8,962 bases of DNA from Paraspadella gotoi (lineage: Eukaryota > Animalia > Chaetognatha): positions 1 through 8,962 of the forward strand of contig JBJCIZ010000050.1 in the NCBI GenBank assembly GCA_051294375.1. Direction: 5' to 3'. Each line of letters starts with the position of its first letter. Position 1 is the first letter of the stretch. This document shows positions 7,320 to 8,962 of this stretch, in pieces. The notes under the pieces are model-generated. The model searched no databases. It saw only the letters and a program-made list of their open reading frames with translations, and was not told the DNA's origin. Position numbers and translations under genes: made by a program.

Positions 7320-8518
7320 CTAAACATTTTTAAAACAATGAAAAAATCAATACCATTGTTTACTAATCTTTAATTTGCTCAATTGCGGTAAGGTGTCGTT
7401 GCGTGCTCTCTGAATTAGTCGTTGTTTGTTGTTTGTTGACCGCCGTTGTCCTTGTTGATCGTGCGTCCGTCTTCATCGTCGGTCCCCTTCGTCGTCCGCT
7501 CGTCGTTCGTCGATTTTGCGAACCAAAAAGGGCGTCGTCCCAAACCTGATTGACGCTTGAAATAAAAAAAAAAAGTTCTTTTTAATATAATGTAATGCGG
7601 CTGCAGTCGTTCGAAACTAGACATATTTACTATATAAATCTTAGGTATCGGTTGGAAAGAGAATTGGCGAAAATTAGCACGAAATCCAAAAATTTCATGT
7701 AAATCGGACGACGCGTTTATCAAAAAGTAATACGAGCAAACAAACAGACCGGCGAAAAACGCTGTCTCTCGCGGATCAACTCGCGCTATTTAAAGCGATT
7801 CCAGTTTTGTTCTACCAAAAGACAGTACTACGTAGTTCAAAATCATTAGAACGCCGAATTCTAGCCTCAGCCTCGTATGGTGATACGGTCCCTCATAAGA
7901 ATTTAATTTTACATGCATACCGAAAAGCCTCGGACGAAGGAGTCAATTAACACAATTATGCTAAAACGAGTAATAGAAGGGAAATAATCATTTTTTATTC
8001 CCAATTATGGGCTTGAATAACCATAAAAAAACAGGTATCGGCAAAAAATATTATCTACAGAAAAAATACAATTAAGCTAAAGAAATGTGGGTGGAGGAAG
8101 AACGGTTTTACCGTGATTAAATTATTAGAGTATATGGTTGCCAGATTTGTCTATGATAGTAAGAAAAGTTAATTTAATATTTTATATATGCACACATGAT
8201 TATTGAACGTTACAATAACTTAGTTAACAGCAATCTCCTTGTATAACGGGCTAAGATATATTGCATTGCGGATTCGTACTTTGTTGGACAATTTTCTGCT
8301 GCCTAACAAACGAGTCGTATCCGGATCGCGACGAATGGGATTTGAAAATGTGAAAGATCCACAGCAGACGACACAGGCTCACTTCGGCACGAGCAGCTGC
8401 GGTTCGTCAGGATATTTAGGACCAAACGATTGACCTCTGACGGGCGGAGGAATCAGCGGTCGGCTTTGACGTCGCGGGAAACAGCAAGGATGCCTACTAA
8501 GTATGTCTACATGTTATT

Positions 8519-8738
8519 TATGAGAAATGCAAAGTTTTTGAAATGTGGTACAACAAATTTATTTGGAAATACGGACATGGTTTCGGCTCACAATTTCAGC
8601 GCTGATGAAGGCTCGAAATTGTGAGCCGAAACATGTCCGTAATTTCAAATAAATTCGTTGTACCACATTCAAAAACTTTGCGATTTCTCTATATCCTAAT
8701 CAACAACGAAAACGACAAGGTTTATCGCATCGATGCTG
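8519..8738 (+). mobile_element. Short Penelope-like insertion: inverted duplication plus hammerhead and tail, with probable TSD
   Basis: Fold-back arms 8522-8600 / 8611-8689 (79 nt, roughly 90% identical). Flanks tacatgttatt (8508-8518) and tacatgtttatt (8739-8750). The tail caacaacgaaaacgacaagg matches the reverse complement of about 4903-4922 (aacacaacgaaacgaaagg). Confidence 0.75.
8599..8640 (+). ncRNA. Minimal type-I hammerhead ribozyme with intact catalytic core
   Basis: gcg CTGATGA(8602-8608) a GGCTC gaaattgt GAGCC GAAAC(8628-8632) at GTC(8635-8637) cgt. Helix II is 5 bp, helix III is the palindrome ACATGT, helix I is gcg/cgt. Predicted cleavage is after 8637. Confidence 0.88.
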
Positions 8739-8962
8739 TACATGTTTATTGAAATGAACTATGAAAAATATGTTTGTTATATTTACTATTGTTTCTGAGG
8801 TTTTAACACACATATCACATGATTATATCATCATTTGTTATCAACATGAGCGTTCTTGGAGAATAGGAATTTTTTTGTGCTGAGGCTAGAATATGAACAA
8901 TAGTCCAATACCAATAAACTGGAAATGATTAATTCTCCAAAACATTTTACCCCAAGTCCTAC

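Larger units (their letters stand above)
7858..8892. mobile_element. Possible non-autonomous TIR element of about 1 kb
   Basis: Perfect 14-bp inverted repeat ATTCTAGCCTCAGC (7858-7871) / GCTGAGGCTAGAAT (8879-8892). No clear TSD; a chance match is not excluded. Confidence 0.3.

Noticed and set aside
8133-8150. GGTTGCCAGA hAT-like TIR motif
   Set aside because: No inverted partner or TSD in the window.
8239-8624. Adjacent ORFs 8239..8433 and 8430..8624 resembling translational coupling
   Set aside because: Non-ATG starts in eukaryotic DNA; the second runs into the hammerhead fold-back; no domain recognised.

Overview
AT-rich eukaryotic, probably invertebrate, genomic DNA. It has no intact recognisable host gene and is a nested patchwork of mobile-element remnants. 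The supplied ORFs are mostly antisense or off-frame shadows of these elements. Main signals: (1) A family of minimal type-I hammerhead ribozymes of the kind associated with Penelope-like elements (PLEs). There is one intact core (8599-8640), one split by a 609-bp insertion with a 7-bp duplication (5171-5199 + 5809-5831), one degenerate copy on the minus strand (1615-1655) and one fragment (1871-1890). Helix II shows compensatory changes, and two copies lie in short non-coding elements with an inverted 5' copy of their own 3' end and apparent TSDs. (2) An unlisted + frame at 826-1170 encoding the zinc-knuckle end and restriction-like endonuclease (RLE) of a CRE-type non-LTR retrotransposon, plus an inverted partial duplicate and a probable diverged 3' remnant inside a TA-flanked Tc1/mariner-type MITE (2164-3020). 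(3) A CCCTAA-containing telomere-like array, a tRNA-derived SINE-like structured element, several tandem/direct repeats and a few weak candidate exons. All family assignments come from motif recognition by eye, not database searches.
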